A DNA stretch of 64,000 bases from a virus (lineage: Duplodnaviria > Heunggongvirae > Uroviricota > Caudoviricetes): the IMG/VR virus record IMGVR_UViG_3300048837_000378, positions 40,794 to 104,793 of that record; one strand, 5' to 3'. Made by a program: the position numbers and the translations under genes. The notes below the pieces were generated by a model that was not told the origin of the DNA, did not search any database, and saw nothing but the letters and a program-made list of their open reading frames with translations. Shown here piece after piece: positions 38,891-47,711 of the stretch. Each line of letters begins with the position of its first letter. Within the stretch, counting starts at the first letter, position 1.

Positions 38891-39848
38891 CTTTACCTTC
38901 TTGAATTTCTAAATCTGCGCCCCAAGATGCTTTATGAGTTTCTTTATAATATTCTATTGCAGTTTTATCATTAGGGATAATCTGGTCGGCAGTCACAATA
39001 AACTCTCCACTGTGGGCAGTATTTGTTAGGTGGTTCTTGTCCACTGTAATTTTAGACACGATACCAAATCCTAATTCAGCACCATCTTTTTTAGCTGTCA
39101 GTTTTTTTACCTTTTGAGTCTTAATTACTAAACTGCTTCTAAACCAAATTGCATTACCGCCGTAAGGTACTAGCTTTGATGGGCCGCCTGGGAACGCTGG
39201 TGGCTCTTTATATGCTTGATTGAGAATCATCAAACCTACAGATTTGGGATGAGATATTTTTCTAGTATCATTAATTTTCTTAGATAAAACTCTCATACGT
39301 TCTGTAATTACTTTGGCCGCTTTCATCATTGTAGATTTTTTAGTCCAAGTGCCATCTTCCTCAATTTGAACTTCTTCACGACTGAGAGTGTTACCGACAG
39401 AGTCCCAAAAAATCATAATATTTTCGGGTAACTCTCCCATAGCAACGTCTGAAGTAATCTTATCAATAAATGCGAAAGCATCTTCAAGAAAGTCACAACC
39501 TTCGTTTACAATAGCAAAATCTTCCTTACGGTCCTCTTCTGCCATGTCGCCTGTGTAATCTAGTCCCATTTGTCTAGCTCGAGCCCAGTCTACTTTACCC
39601 TCTGTGATAATAATTACTGGCAGAATACCTTGCTTTTGAGCTTGCGCCGCAGCATGAAACAATAACGAAGTTTTACCTGTATCTGATAGTCCGTAGACTT
39701 GAGTTATGTGGCTAAGAGGAATTCCTTGCATACCTAATACAGAATGCAAGCAATCGTCTAATTTAATAAATTCTTGATTCTTCAAAGGCGTGTCTGCCAT
39801 TTGAATTGTTTTTTTATAAGACTTTAAATCGTATTTCTTTTTGGCCAT
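38883..39848 (-). CDS. RecA/UvsX-like recombinase
   Basis: Walker A GLSDTGKTSL. C-terminal block resembles the RecA core (KITVDKNHL...EFIVTADQII). Confidence 0.65.
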   Translation of the reverse strand: MAKKKYDLKSYKKTIQMADTPLKNQEFIKLDDCLHSVLGMQGIPLSHITQVYGLSDTGKTSLLFHAAAQAQKQGILPVIIITEGKVDWARARQMGLDYTGDMAEEDRKEDFAIVNEGCDFLEDAFAFIDKITSDVAMGELPENIMIFWDSVGNTLSREEVQIEEDGTWTKKSTMMKAAKVITERMRVLSKKINDTRKISHPKSVGLMILNQAYKEPPAFPGGPSKLVPYGGNAIWFRSSLVIKTQKVKKLTAKKDGAELGFGIVSKITVDKNHLTNTAHSGEFIVTADQIIPNDKTAIEYYKETHKASWGADLEIQEGKDD

Positions 39849-39849
39849 A

Positions 39850-40233
39850 TTACCCCTTTCGTAGGGCAGCGCCTACCTTAGTTCGTAGCTTCTTTCCATT
39901 CATTACTACGTTTCTATAGGTATTTACAAATTCTGATAAATCTATTGCATCTGTTCTATTGGAGCGAGCGATGACAATTTCATGTTCAATTAGAGGTCTG
40001 ACTGAATCTATTTGAGTGGCTAAAGAATCCAAGCCTACTATGTCTAAATATCTAATGGCCTGTCGTACCGTTAGGGTCCTGTTATTACTAGTTGAATCCC
40101 CAATAAGTTTCTTAATTTGTTTAGTTTTACTTCCTCTAGCGACAGAACGTAATTCTGCAATCTGCTTAAAGAACTTCTCAAATCTACGCATAAATAACCT
40201 CCAATTAATTGAATATAGCAACTTTCGTGCCAA
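39850..40233 (-). CDS. Hypothetical protein (possible recombination mediator)
   Basis: 127 aa basic protein directly upstream of the recombinase. Assignment is speculative. Confidence 0.3.
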   Translation of the reverse strand: MARKLLYSINWRLFMRRFEKFFKQIAELRSVARGSKTKQIKKLIGDSTSNNRTLTVRQAIRYLDIVGLDSLATQIDSVRPLIEHEIVIARSNRTDAIDLSEFVNTYRNVVMNGKKLRTKVGAALRKG

Positions 40234-40236
40234 TTG

Positions 40237-40503
40237 TCAAACTATATCTTCTTTTTTCACTTTGAATAAATTTTGTGGAACAACGTATTTAATTTTAGTT
40301 AATTCTACTTCCACAATACCACACTCTTCCCAGCAGGTGCGACGACTTTTTAGCTCCTCAATAGAGGAATAAAGTGGTATTTTGCCTTCTAGGTCCGGTG
40401 CTTCACCAATCTCCTCTGACCAATCAATACCGCAGCAATACATTATTTTACTTGATTTTTTTTGCTTCTTTGCCATATAAAACTTTGGCTCCGTCCGACT
40501 CAA
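40237..40503 (-). CDS. Small hypothetical protein
   Basis: 88 aa. Confidence 0.35.
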   Translation of the reverse strand: MSRTEPKFYMAKKQKKSSKIMYCCGIDWSEEIGEAPDLEGKIPLYSSIEELKSRRTCWEECGIVEVELTKIKYVVPQNLFKVKKEDIV

Positions 40504-40798
40504 AAGGGTACAGACTAAGTTTGTCTAAGTCTATCTCCGCATCTAATTCCATTATTTTAGAATGGCTATTTTTTTTAATATGGTATTTTTTGCACATTTT
40601 TAATGCTTTCATATTCGGAGCTGAGTCAAACACTATTTTTACTCTAGGCATTCTTTTTTCATCTGATGCTCGAGTAAATGAAGGGTGTTCGTCTGTTCCA
40701 AAATAGTCTATAGATACTTTGACGCCAGTATCTCTTATGTATAGAGGTTCATTTTTGAACATCGCTTCAATCAGTTTATCTCTAACTCGCCAATCCAT
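40448..40798 (-). CDS. LYG-tail small protein family member
   Basis: Ends ...DGAKVLYGKEAKKIK. Confidence 0.45.
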   Translation of the reverse strand: MDWRVRDKLIEAMFKNEPLYIRDTGVKVSIDYFGTDEHPSFTRASDEKRMPRVKIVFDSAPNMKALKMCKKYHIKKNSHSKIMELDAEIDLDKLSLYPFESDGAKVLYGKEAKKIK

Positions 40799-40799
40799 T

Positions 40800-41372
40800 T
40801 TAACCTTTTACAAAAATCTCAAATAAAGACCTTTTTAGTCGGTTATTTGATTTGATACCGAGTTCTCCTAGTTTTGTTTCAAGCTCTTTAAGCTGGACAA
40901 ACGGGTCGGCTAAATCTTTTACTTTCTCTTTATTTACTTCAATCTCTATAAACCTAGAGCGTTCTTTCATATCTTTGTCGTAAACGATATAATACACCAC
41001 ATTAACGTTTTCAAACCAGTAGATAAAACAAGTCTTGTAGATTTTTGTGTTTTCTTGGTAATTTAAAAGGGACGTAAAAGCGTCTACACTAGTTTTACTT
41101 AAACGCTGTGAATCTAAAGGTAAATCAACTTCTACACGTTCCCAATTGTTAGAATTCTTCGTTTTTCTTTTTATTGTTAATTCTGGACTGTCGGCTTGTC
41201 GAAACCGGATAAACTCGTCTTTTATGGTCAAATCTGTAGGAGTGTAATAATAATCCCAACTAGACACGTCCACACGCTTTACTGGAGACATCTTAGAAAT
41301 ACAATCTAAAAAACTGGATAAGCTAATATCATTAGCATCATACTTGTATTCTAACTCTTTAAAATCGTCCAT
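40800..41372 (-). CDS. Hypothetical protein
   Basis: 190 aa. Confidence 0.4.
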   Translation of the reverse strand: MDDFKELEYKYDANDISLSSFLDCISKMSPVKRVDVSSWDYYYTPTDLTIKDEFIRFRQADSPELTIKRKTKNSNNWERVEVDLPLDSQRLSKTSVDAFTSLLNYQENTKIYKTCFIYWFENVNVVYYIVYDKDMKERSRFIEIEVNKEKVKDLADPFVQLKELETKLGELGIKSNNRLKRSLFEIFVKG

Positions 41373-41892
41373 TTCTCCGGTCCTCTATTTCCTTTGCATA
41401 AGCTTGGAAACTCTCTTCAGTAGGAAACCCCACTTCAGGGTTCATCACGTCTCGCACATTATTTACATGATTGAAGCCTAAACAGTGTAAATATTCGTGT
41501 ATCAAGATTTGTCTGTAAGTCTCGTAATCTTCTCCACTTCTTATAGATATATCACAAGTATTCCACAAAGACAAGGCTAATCCTGCAACATTATCTTGTC
41601 CTACGATTTTAGAGACTTCTTTAATCGTTATAGCTTTTTGAGGTAAGACAATAGAATGAGTAGAAGTTGGTCTAAAGGATACGGCCCTACCTGTAGCTGA
41701 CATATTGTTAAATTCTCTTAAAAATTCAATAGTTACGTCGTTTCCATAGTTGGGCGTGTCAATTTTGTAAATGTACCCATCCGTAAAGAATGTAGGTTTT
41801 TTTGAAATTACATAATTAGCAGTTCCAAGAGTAATAGAAGAAAAAATTATAAAAATTTGTATAATTAATCTAATCGCTAAAGGATTCCGCAT
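41359..41892 (-). CDS. Secreted zinc metallopeptidase (HExxH)
   Basis: N-terminal hydrophobic signal/anchor, HEYLHCLGFNHV motif. Confidence 0.5.
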   Translation of the reverse strand: MRNPLAIRLIIQIFIIFSSITLGTANYVISKKPTFFTDGYIYKIDTPNYGNDVTIEFLREFNNMSATGRAVSFRPTSTHSIVLPQKAITIKEVSKIVGQDNVAGLALSLWNTCDISIRSGEDYETYRQILIHEYLHCLGFNHVNNVRDVMNPEVGFPTEESFQAYAKEIEDRRNGRF

Positions 41893-44213
41893 TATTTAGC
41901 TTCTCCCCAATTGTCTGCAATAATAGGTTCAGCCACTAAAGGAATACTTATTTTTGTTGTATTTTCCATACACTCTTTCATCAACTTCGCGGCCAAAGCG
42001 GAATGTTCTTCTTTAACTATTGCAGTAATTTCATCGTGTACCTGAAGTCCAATCCAGCCATCAATGTTGTGTTGTTTGAATAATCTAGACAAAGCAATCA
42101 TAGCTCTATTAACTATGTGGGCCGCCAAACCTTGAATAGGAAAGTTTTTAGAGTTGTTAAGGACATTTTTAAATTTACGTCTAATATCTTCTACGCCTTG
42201 TTTTTTTGCCCATTTATATTCAAGAATGCTATCTCCGTAAAGACTGTATATACTTCTAGCCTCTCTTAAGTGTCTAATACGTCCAAACTCTGTACTAACT
42301 TGACCAGTAGTTTTTGCAGTGTAGTTGCACCTGTTCATATATTTACGAAGATAGGGAAATCCATTAAGGTAGTTGTCAATAACATCATTGGCTTCTTTAA
42401 ACGATATGCCCAATTCATCCGAGATTCGTGATGCTTCCGCTCCATAAGGTATAGCCAGAGCAATAACTTTTGCTACTTGACGTTTTTCAGGCATAATATT
42501 TTTTAGATAATTAGCATCAGATTTCTTTGCACTAACTCCAGTCAAATTAAACGTTTCAATGGCTACACGAGAGTATAAGTCCTCTCCGTTACGGAACACG
42601 TCTTTCAGCTTTTCGTCGCCGCTCACATGAGCAAAACACACTGGCTCCAGAGAAGCGTAGTCCGCATTGACAACCTTATACCCTTTAGGTGCGACGAATC
42701 CTTTACGGATTGCATTAACGTACTTTAGGACTAAGGGGGATAATCCTGAATCTTCATCTTTAATTCTTGGTTGATTTTGAAGATTAGGATTTCTACTACT
42801 AAATCGTCCAGAAGTTGTTCCAAACTGCAACATTGAAGTGTAAATTACGCCGTCAATCTGACGTTCTAAAATTCCTTCTACATAAGTAGACAGCAGTTTG
42901 TTTAATTTTTTAAAGTCTAGAAGTTTTTCTATTACTAATCTAGATTTTAATGATTCTAAAAATTCATCATCAATTTGAGGCTTTCCAGTTTCCGTTTTTT
43001 CAGGAGTAACATAACCCCAGGTTTTACAAATTAGTTCAATTAAATGGTCATTACTTTTTAAATTAAAGATGTGACGTTTATCTTCGTATTTTTCAAAAAA
43101 GAGTTTCTCTTGTGCTGCTCTAATAGGATTATTAGCGGAATTACCAGCAGCTTTTGTAAAAAGTATTTTAGCTGCTGCCGAAGGGATTGCCTTTGTTATG
43201 TCTTTCTCAGCTCCAGATACCCAATCGTAAAAGGTTGCAAAGACTGGAGTGGCTTCTTTTTGTTTATCTACCGCTTTTTTAGCTAACGTAGTTTTGCCCT
43301 CTTTATTTACTGGAAGAGGGATACCTAAAACTTCTGCTAAAGCTTTAGGAAAATTACCAGCATTTTTAATTGGAAATTCATCGTTAAGTAATTCTGTTTC
43401 AAATCCATTAATTTCAGTCTTAATAGACTTCATAATATCGTCTTCTACTTGCTTAATTTCTCCTGAAATTTGAGATTTCAGGTTCTCATAATAAGCGGTA
43501 TCAATAGGAAAACCATTACGTTTCATATTGATTGTGACTTCTTTATAAAGAGGCATAATTTCTTCATTGTAGAATAAGTTGTCCAGTCCTTCTTTAGTTA
43601 ACTTTAAACTAAAAAGTTCATAAAGCATAAAACTCAACAACACGTCCCAACAACAATAGTCACCTAAAGTTTGTGTGGACGCTAAATACATATCTTTTTG
43701 GTCTTTAGTCCAGGAGCCGCCTTTAGCAAGAACTTCGTTTTTAAGAGTATCTTGTGCTCTGTCAGCCCAAACTCCAAGTTCTTCTACGGCAGTTTCTTTC
43801 AATCCAAAAGGACCCTCTTCATTTAAAGTATGTCTCATTAATATTGTATCAGCTAAGATTCTATCGTCTAATTTTTTACCAAAATTACACTCATACACCA
43901 AGACATCATAAATTAAGTTGTGTCCAATGATTTGTTTTGAATCAAACAGGTTGTTTAGCCAAGTTAAGATTGTTCTGTGCTCCGACTCTGACCAAAACAT
44001 CTGCCTATCTGGAGTACGAATGGGAATGTAAAAGGCGGTCGTAGTTGTAAAAGCTATACCAATTCCCATTACTTGGGCCAGTTTTTCATTAACGCTATCT
44101 GTTTCTAAGTCGAATGAAATAATCTCAGAGTCTACTTTATCTGCGTAGGACTTTAATCTTTCAAAGAAACTCATATCAGTTATGAGATAGTTATTTACTG
44201 TAGGTTGATTCAT
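41892..44213 (-). CDS. DNA polymerase, family A, with 3'-5' exonuclease domain
   Basis: Exo I SFDLETDS, motif A VVNADYASLEPV, motif B RQVAKVIALAIPYG, motif C QVHDEI. Confidence 0.9.
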   Translation of the reverse strand: MNQPTVNNYLITDMSFFERLKSYADKVDSEIISFDLETDSVNEKLAQVMGIGIAFTTTTAFYIPIRTPDRQMFWSESEHRTILTWLNNLFDSKQIIGHNLIYDVLVYECNFGKKLDDRILADTILMRHTLNEEGPFGLKETAVEELGVWADRAQDTLKNEVLAKGGSWTKDQKDMYLASTQTLGDYCCWDVLLSFMLYELFSLKLTKEGLDNLFYNEEIMPLYKEVTINMKRNGFPIDTAYYENLKSQISGEIKQVEDDIMKSIKTEINGFETELLNDEFPIKNAGNFPKALAEVLGIPLPVNKEGKTTLAKKAVDKQKEATPVFATFYDWVSGAEKDITKAIPSAAAKILFTKAAGNSANNPIRAAQEKLFFEKYEDKRHIFNLKSNDHLIELICKTWGYVTPEKTETGKPQIDDEFLESLKSRLVIEKLLDFKKLNKLLSTYVEGILERQIDGVIYTSMLQFGTTSGRFSSRNPNLQNQPRIKDEDSGLSPLVLKYVNAIRKGFVAPKGYKVVNADYASLEPVCFAHVSGDEKLKDVFRNGEDLYSRVAIETFNLTGVSAKKSDANYLKNIMPEKRQVAKVIALAIPYGAEASRISDELGISFKEANDVIDNYLNGFPYLRKYMNRCNYTAKTTGQVSTEFGRIRHLREARSIYSLYGDSILEYKWAKKQGVEDIRRKFKNVLNNSKNFPIQGLAAHIVNRAMIALSRLFKQHNIDGWIGLQVHDEITAIVKEEHSALAAKLMKECMENTTKISIPLVAEPIIADNWGEAK

Positions 44214-44383
44214 TAATCTGCCAATTCTTTAGATAAAACTTTCTGTACGTACTCATCTTCCCCAATTACAAGACCTTTAATATCTTCTTGTGAGTTTTCC
44301 GTAGGAATAGCAATTGTCCATCCTAAAAATTCACAAGCTTTTATAATCGCATTTAAGGCTTCTTCTGGTGTATTAAATTCCAT
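44213..44383 (-). CDS. Small hypothetical protein (56 aa, not in ORF track)
   Basis: MEFNTPEEALNAIIKACEFLGW... ORF with GGAG SD. Stop overlaps the polymerase start (TAATG). Confidence 0.4.
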   Translation of the reverse strand: MEFNTPEEALNAIIKACEFLGWTIAIPTENSQEDIKGLVIGEDEYVQKVLSKELAD

Positions 44384-44385
44384 AT

Positions 44386-44988
44386 TTACTCCAACACTTC
44401 GTCCGCTAATCCTAATTCTACAGCCTCTTCTCCAGTGACAATAAAATCTGATTTTAGCATCTCTTGTATATCTTTTTTTGTTAAGCTAGGATTCACTGCT
44501 TGCATTTTTTCTAAAAACAAATCTTCCATCCAAGAATCAATTTTTTTATTATCATCAATCCATTTGTATACGTCTTGAGCATTTCCATCACTACCGAAGC
44601 TGCCGTAGTGCATCATAAAACGGGAATTAGCAGACATTACTCGCTTGTCTGCTGCTTGTAAAATGATTCCTCCCATAGACATAGCTTTACCATATACTAT
44701 GATAGTTATGTGATTTCTGCAAGCTTTGATTGCATCATAAATACCAAGACCGTCGTACTCATCTCCACCAGGATTATTCATAATGATAGTTATGGGTTTG
44801 TCTCCATTAGGGGCAGAACTGTCTAAAATATGAAGTCCTTTAATGATTCTTTGAGCCATCTCAGCGTCAGTCCCTGACTCACCGTCTTCATTATCTACAG
44901 CATGAGACCGCATTACAATAGTTCTAGTCGGTACGTAAATATCGTAATCAAATAGTCTATCAATCTCATCTTTGTAGATTTTTGCCAT
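44386..44988 (-). CDS. clpP: ClpP-family serine protease
   Basis: NNPGGDEYDGLGIYDAIK, GKAMSMGG (Ser nucleophile) and RFMMHYGS motifs match ClpP. 200 aa. Confidence 0.8.
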   Translation of the reverse strand: MAKIYKDEIDRLFDYDIYVPTRTIVMRSHAVDNEDGESGTDAEMAQRIIKGLHILDSSAPNGDKPITIIMNNPGGDEYDGLGIYDAIKACRNHITIIVYGKAMSMGGIILQAADKRVMSANSRFMMHYGSFGSDGNAQDVYKWIDDNKKIDSWMEDLFLEKMQAVNPSLTKKDIQEMLKSDFIVTGEEAVELGLADEVLE

Positions 44989-44989
44989 A

Positions 44990-45571
44990 TTATACCTTAC
45001 ATTTACACATAGCCTGTACAGCTAATTCGGTTAGTTTTTTGTCTATTTTAAAATACAAACTTACGTCACCTTTGGCCGAATGTAATTCTTCTTCTTTATA
45101 TTCAATTTTTAGTGTGTCGGCTAAATCTTTAAGACTATTACCTTTACCTGAGTTTTTTACTTGAAGCAGTCCAATTGACGATAAAAACCTAGAAATATTA
45201 GTAATGTCGTGTAATCTATAAGGTAGTACGGAGCCTATATCAATATTGTATTTTTGGGCTCTAGTTTTAAGAAAATTATAATCAAACTGAATATTCACTC
45301 CGGCCATCTCAGGAGAACCTTTTAAAGTTAGAAGCCAGTCCACAAAATACAATAGTAAATCTTTTTCAGAACGAAGTTGTTTGAGGCTAGCAAAAGTGTG
45401 TTTATTGACTTTTAATGCGTCCAAACTTACTATCGCAGTTTCGTCAAAACCTTTATCATTAAAGGATGCTACTAATTTGTCGTCAATGTAATATTCAGCA
45501 GCTATCTCAACAATAGAGCCGGTATGTGATAGGTGTGTTGTCTCTAGGTCAAGATATAATCTATTACCCAT
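44990..45571 (-). CDS. DEDD-type 3'-5' exonuclease
   Basis: N-terminal LYLDLETTHL Exo I motif. Confidence 0.65.
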   Translation of the reverse strand: MGNRLYLDLETTHLSHTGSIVEIAAEYYIDDKLVASFNDKGFDETAIVSLDALKVNKHTFASLKQLRSEKDLLLYFVDWLLTLKGSPEMAGVNIQFDYNFLKTRAQKYNIDIGSVLPYRLHDITNISRFLSSIGLLQVKNSGKGNSLKDLADTLKIEYKEEELHSAKGDVSLYFKIDKKLTELAVQAMCKCKV

Positions 45572-45782
45572 TTGACTCTAGCTTTTCTTGATGTCTAGAG
45601 TAGACTTCTAAAGCTCGTTCCATTGCCAATTGACGACCTCGTTTAAACTCAAACTGGTCTCCATCAGAACACAAAGCAGAGCCGTGAAAAATTTTACCAT
45701 CACGCATAATTACGCAGATAGTGTGGCCTGTTCGTTGTCCTTTTTTGTCTCGTGGATAAATAAAGTAATGCGTTCTAGTCAT
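45564..45782 (-). CDS. Small hypothetical protein
   Basis: 72 aa. GGAG SD. Preceded by a promoter-like motif. Confidence 0.4.
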   Translation of the reverse strand: MTRTHYFIYPRDKKGQRTGHTICVIMRDGKIFHGSALCSDGDQFEFKRGRQLAMERALEVYSRHQEKLESNG

Positions 45783-45803
45783 GTTATTCTCCTATAAAAC
45801 TAC

Positions 45804-45830
45804 AATATACTTCTGCATCAAACTTGTCAA
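45804..45830 (-). promoter_or_regulatory. Sigma70-like promoter candidate
   Basis: On the - strand: TTGACA, then a 15-17 nt spacer, then TATATT/TATTGT, upstream of gene 45564..45782. Confidence 0.35.
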
Positions 45831-45833
45831 GTA

Positions 45834-46121
45834 CTAACGTTTAGTCTCTTCGTAAATCCTAAAGTCTGGCCTATTGTCTCCAGTTTCTTTGTGTTTGTTT
45901 GGAAAAGCTACAAAACTAACTTTTACCTCTTCTGTAGTAGTACTGGCGATAAGTTCTAGTAATTTAGACTTTGGCATATTCAACTTTATGTTAAGGTAAG
46001 GTAAATCTGCTTTTGAATTTTGTTGCCACACTGCGCCCATTTCGGCTCGCTGTTGGATTGGAGAAGTGCTGGCTACAGCAGTTGCTCCAAATGTGGGTTT
46101 TACGTGTTTATTGTCGCTCAT
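45834..46121 (-). CDS. Hypothetical protein
   Basis: 95 aa. Confidence 0.35.
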   Translation of the reverse strand: MSDNKHVKPTFGATAVASTSPIQQRAEMGAVWQQNSKADLPYLNIKLNMPKSKLLELIASTTTEEVKVSFVAFPNKHKETGDNRPDFRIYEETKR

Positions 46122-46138
46122 ATTATTCCTCTATCCTG

Positions 46139-47380
46139 TTAGTCTTTTTCTTCTCTAAATCTTTGGAACGTCGGATGACGTAAAGAACCTTCTTCAGTTT
46201 CCTCAAAGTACTTAATCTCGATTGTTTTACCAATAAAATCATTGGGTGATTCGGCCATCTTTTTTCTAGTTGCCACATCAAAGCCAGAACCAATGGAAAC
46301 GGTAACACCAGAATAATCACAATCGACACCGCCTGCCATACCTTCAAAGAGACCTTCACCAGCGTATACTCCTGTTATTGCTAAATCTATACTTTTAAAT
46401 GGTTTGACTTTCAACATCTCTCCAGAACGTATAGTAGTTCTTTTCCATTTATATAGTCCATCTGGTGCCTTTAGCATACACCCTTCATAACCTTTATTCA
46501 AGTATTCTTTATACAAAGAGACTGCTTCAGCCGAAGTATTAATTAAATCGTTAGAAATATCAATAACTTTCTTGTGGTCAGCTATTTGACTATTTACTAC
46601 TTCTCTTAAAGTTTTTAGTCTGTTTTCGTAAATTATTTTAGTTTTCTGGCTTAACCAGTCTTTTACTGGGACGCAGTCGTAAACTACATACTTTAAACTA
46701 CTGGGTAATGGAGTATCTTCTGTATTTAGGATAGTCTGAAGTTTGTTAAAATTGATACCGTGAACATAGAGTTCACCATCTAGTACGTAATCAGTTACTC
46801 CAAACAAGCTTTTAAAGTGCGTAGCTAGGTTCTTATTGCCAAAAGGCTTACCTTTACGGCTCCACAGTAAACCGTCCTTGTAGACGCACCTATAGCCGTC
46901 TAGCTTGGGTTGTAGATAGAGGGGGTATTTGACCTTGGTAAGGTCTGGAAGCTCGTTAGGAGCCAGCATAAGCTCAAATGAGGGTATAAGGCTAGGCCAG
47001 ACTTTATTAACTGTTCTAGCTCCTACTCCAATAGATTCCTTAAGCAATACCTTTGAATAGAGGTCGAAGTGCTCTCTATCAAAAAGCTTAAAGACAGCAA
47101 TTACAGTTTCTTTAGCTTTATTTCCAGTAGTGTATCTACCTTTAAGGTCGTTCAAAAGTCCTTCTAAAAACCCAAATTTCCACTCTTGAGTTTGGCCTAT
47201 TTCGCCTTCTGTCTCAAACTGACAAGGCATCTTATTAAACTGGAATAGCGCATAAGGGTCCAAATTCCACTTTAGAATCTTTTTTAAGTACTCATTATCT
47301 TTATTTTTAGTTAAGATAGCTTCTTTATCTACTACGGAGTTAGTAGAATTTAACTCTTTAAAAATACCTATTAAGTTCAT
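46139..47380 (-). CDS. ATP-dependent DNA ligase
   Basis: Motif I LQPKLDGYRCVY (KxDGxR adenylation lysine). 413 aa. Confidence 0.85.
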   Translation of the reverse strand: MNLIGIFKELNSTNSVVDKEAILTKNKDNEYLKKILKWNLDPYALFQFNKMPCQFETEGEIGQTQEWKFGFLEGLLNDLKGRYTTGNKAKETVIAVFKLFDREHFDLYSKVLLKESIGVGARTVNKVWPSLIPSFELMLAPNELPDLTKVKYPLYLQPKLDGYRCVYKDGLLWSRKGKPFGNKNLATHFKSLFGVTDYVLDGELYVHGINFNKLQTILNTEDTPLPSSLKYVVYDCVPVKDWLSQKTKIIYENRLKTLREVVNSQIADHKKVIDISNDLINTSAEAVSLYKEYLNKGYEGCMLKAPDGLYKWKRTTIRSGEMLKVKPFKSIDLAITGVYAGEGLFEGMAGGVDCDYSGVTVSIGSGFDVATRKKMAESPNDFIGKTIEIKYFEETEEGSLRHPTFQRFREEKD

Positions 47381-47615
47381 TATAACTCCTATTTAACAAA
47401 ATGTAATAGACTGAACACTACTTCAGTGACTTACCTAAGAGCTTCCTACGCATTGGTTTGCGCTGTGGGTCTTTCGGGGTTACTCGTTTGTAAGTACTAC
47501 TATAAACCCTTATTCGTTGACGTATTTTTGAGTCCCATTATAGGGATGGATGCGGCCATTCTGCTCCATCTATTAAAACCGCTGCTACAAGACAACGCCA
47601 CGCTATTACAAATAC

Positions 47616-47643
47616 AGTATAGCATAAATAAAACATTTGTCAA
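47616..47643 (-). promoter_or_regulatory. Sigma70-like promoter (TTGACA-16-TATACT)
   Basis: - strand reads TTGACAaatgttttatttatgcTATACT, immediately downstream of the terminator. Followed by a ~225-nt leader before the ligase ATG. Confidence 0.5.
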
Positions 47644-47644
47644 T

Positions 47645-47682
47645 AAATAAGAAAACCCCCTAGAAGGTGTGGTTCTAGGGGG
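47645..47682 (-). terminator. Rho-independent terminator after the primase-helicase gene
   Basis: 10-bp perfect stem CCCCCTAGAA/TTCTAGGGGG with a 7-nt loop, followed on the - strand by TTTTCTTATTT. Confidence 0.75.
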
Positions 47683-47711
47683 CTGATAACTGACCTTAAG
47701 TTGTATAACTA

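Noticed and set aside
46123-46359. 78-aa - strand ORF overlapping the 3' end of the ligase gene
   Set aside because: It lies entirely inside the well-supported ligase CDS in another frame and has a hydrophobic low-complexity translation. Spurious.
47426-47650. 74-aa + strand ORF in the ligase leader region
   Set aside because: GTG start, no SD, wrong strand for a 41-kb - strand block. It overlaps the terminator/promoter. I interpret the region as non-coding leader.
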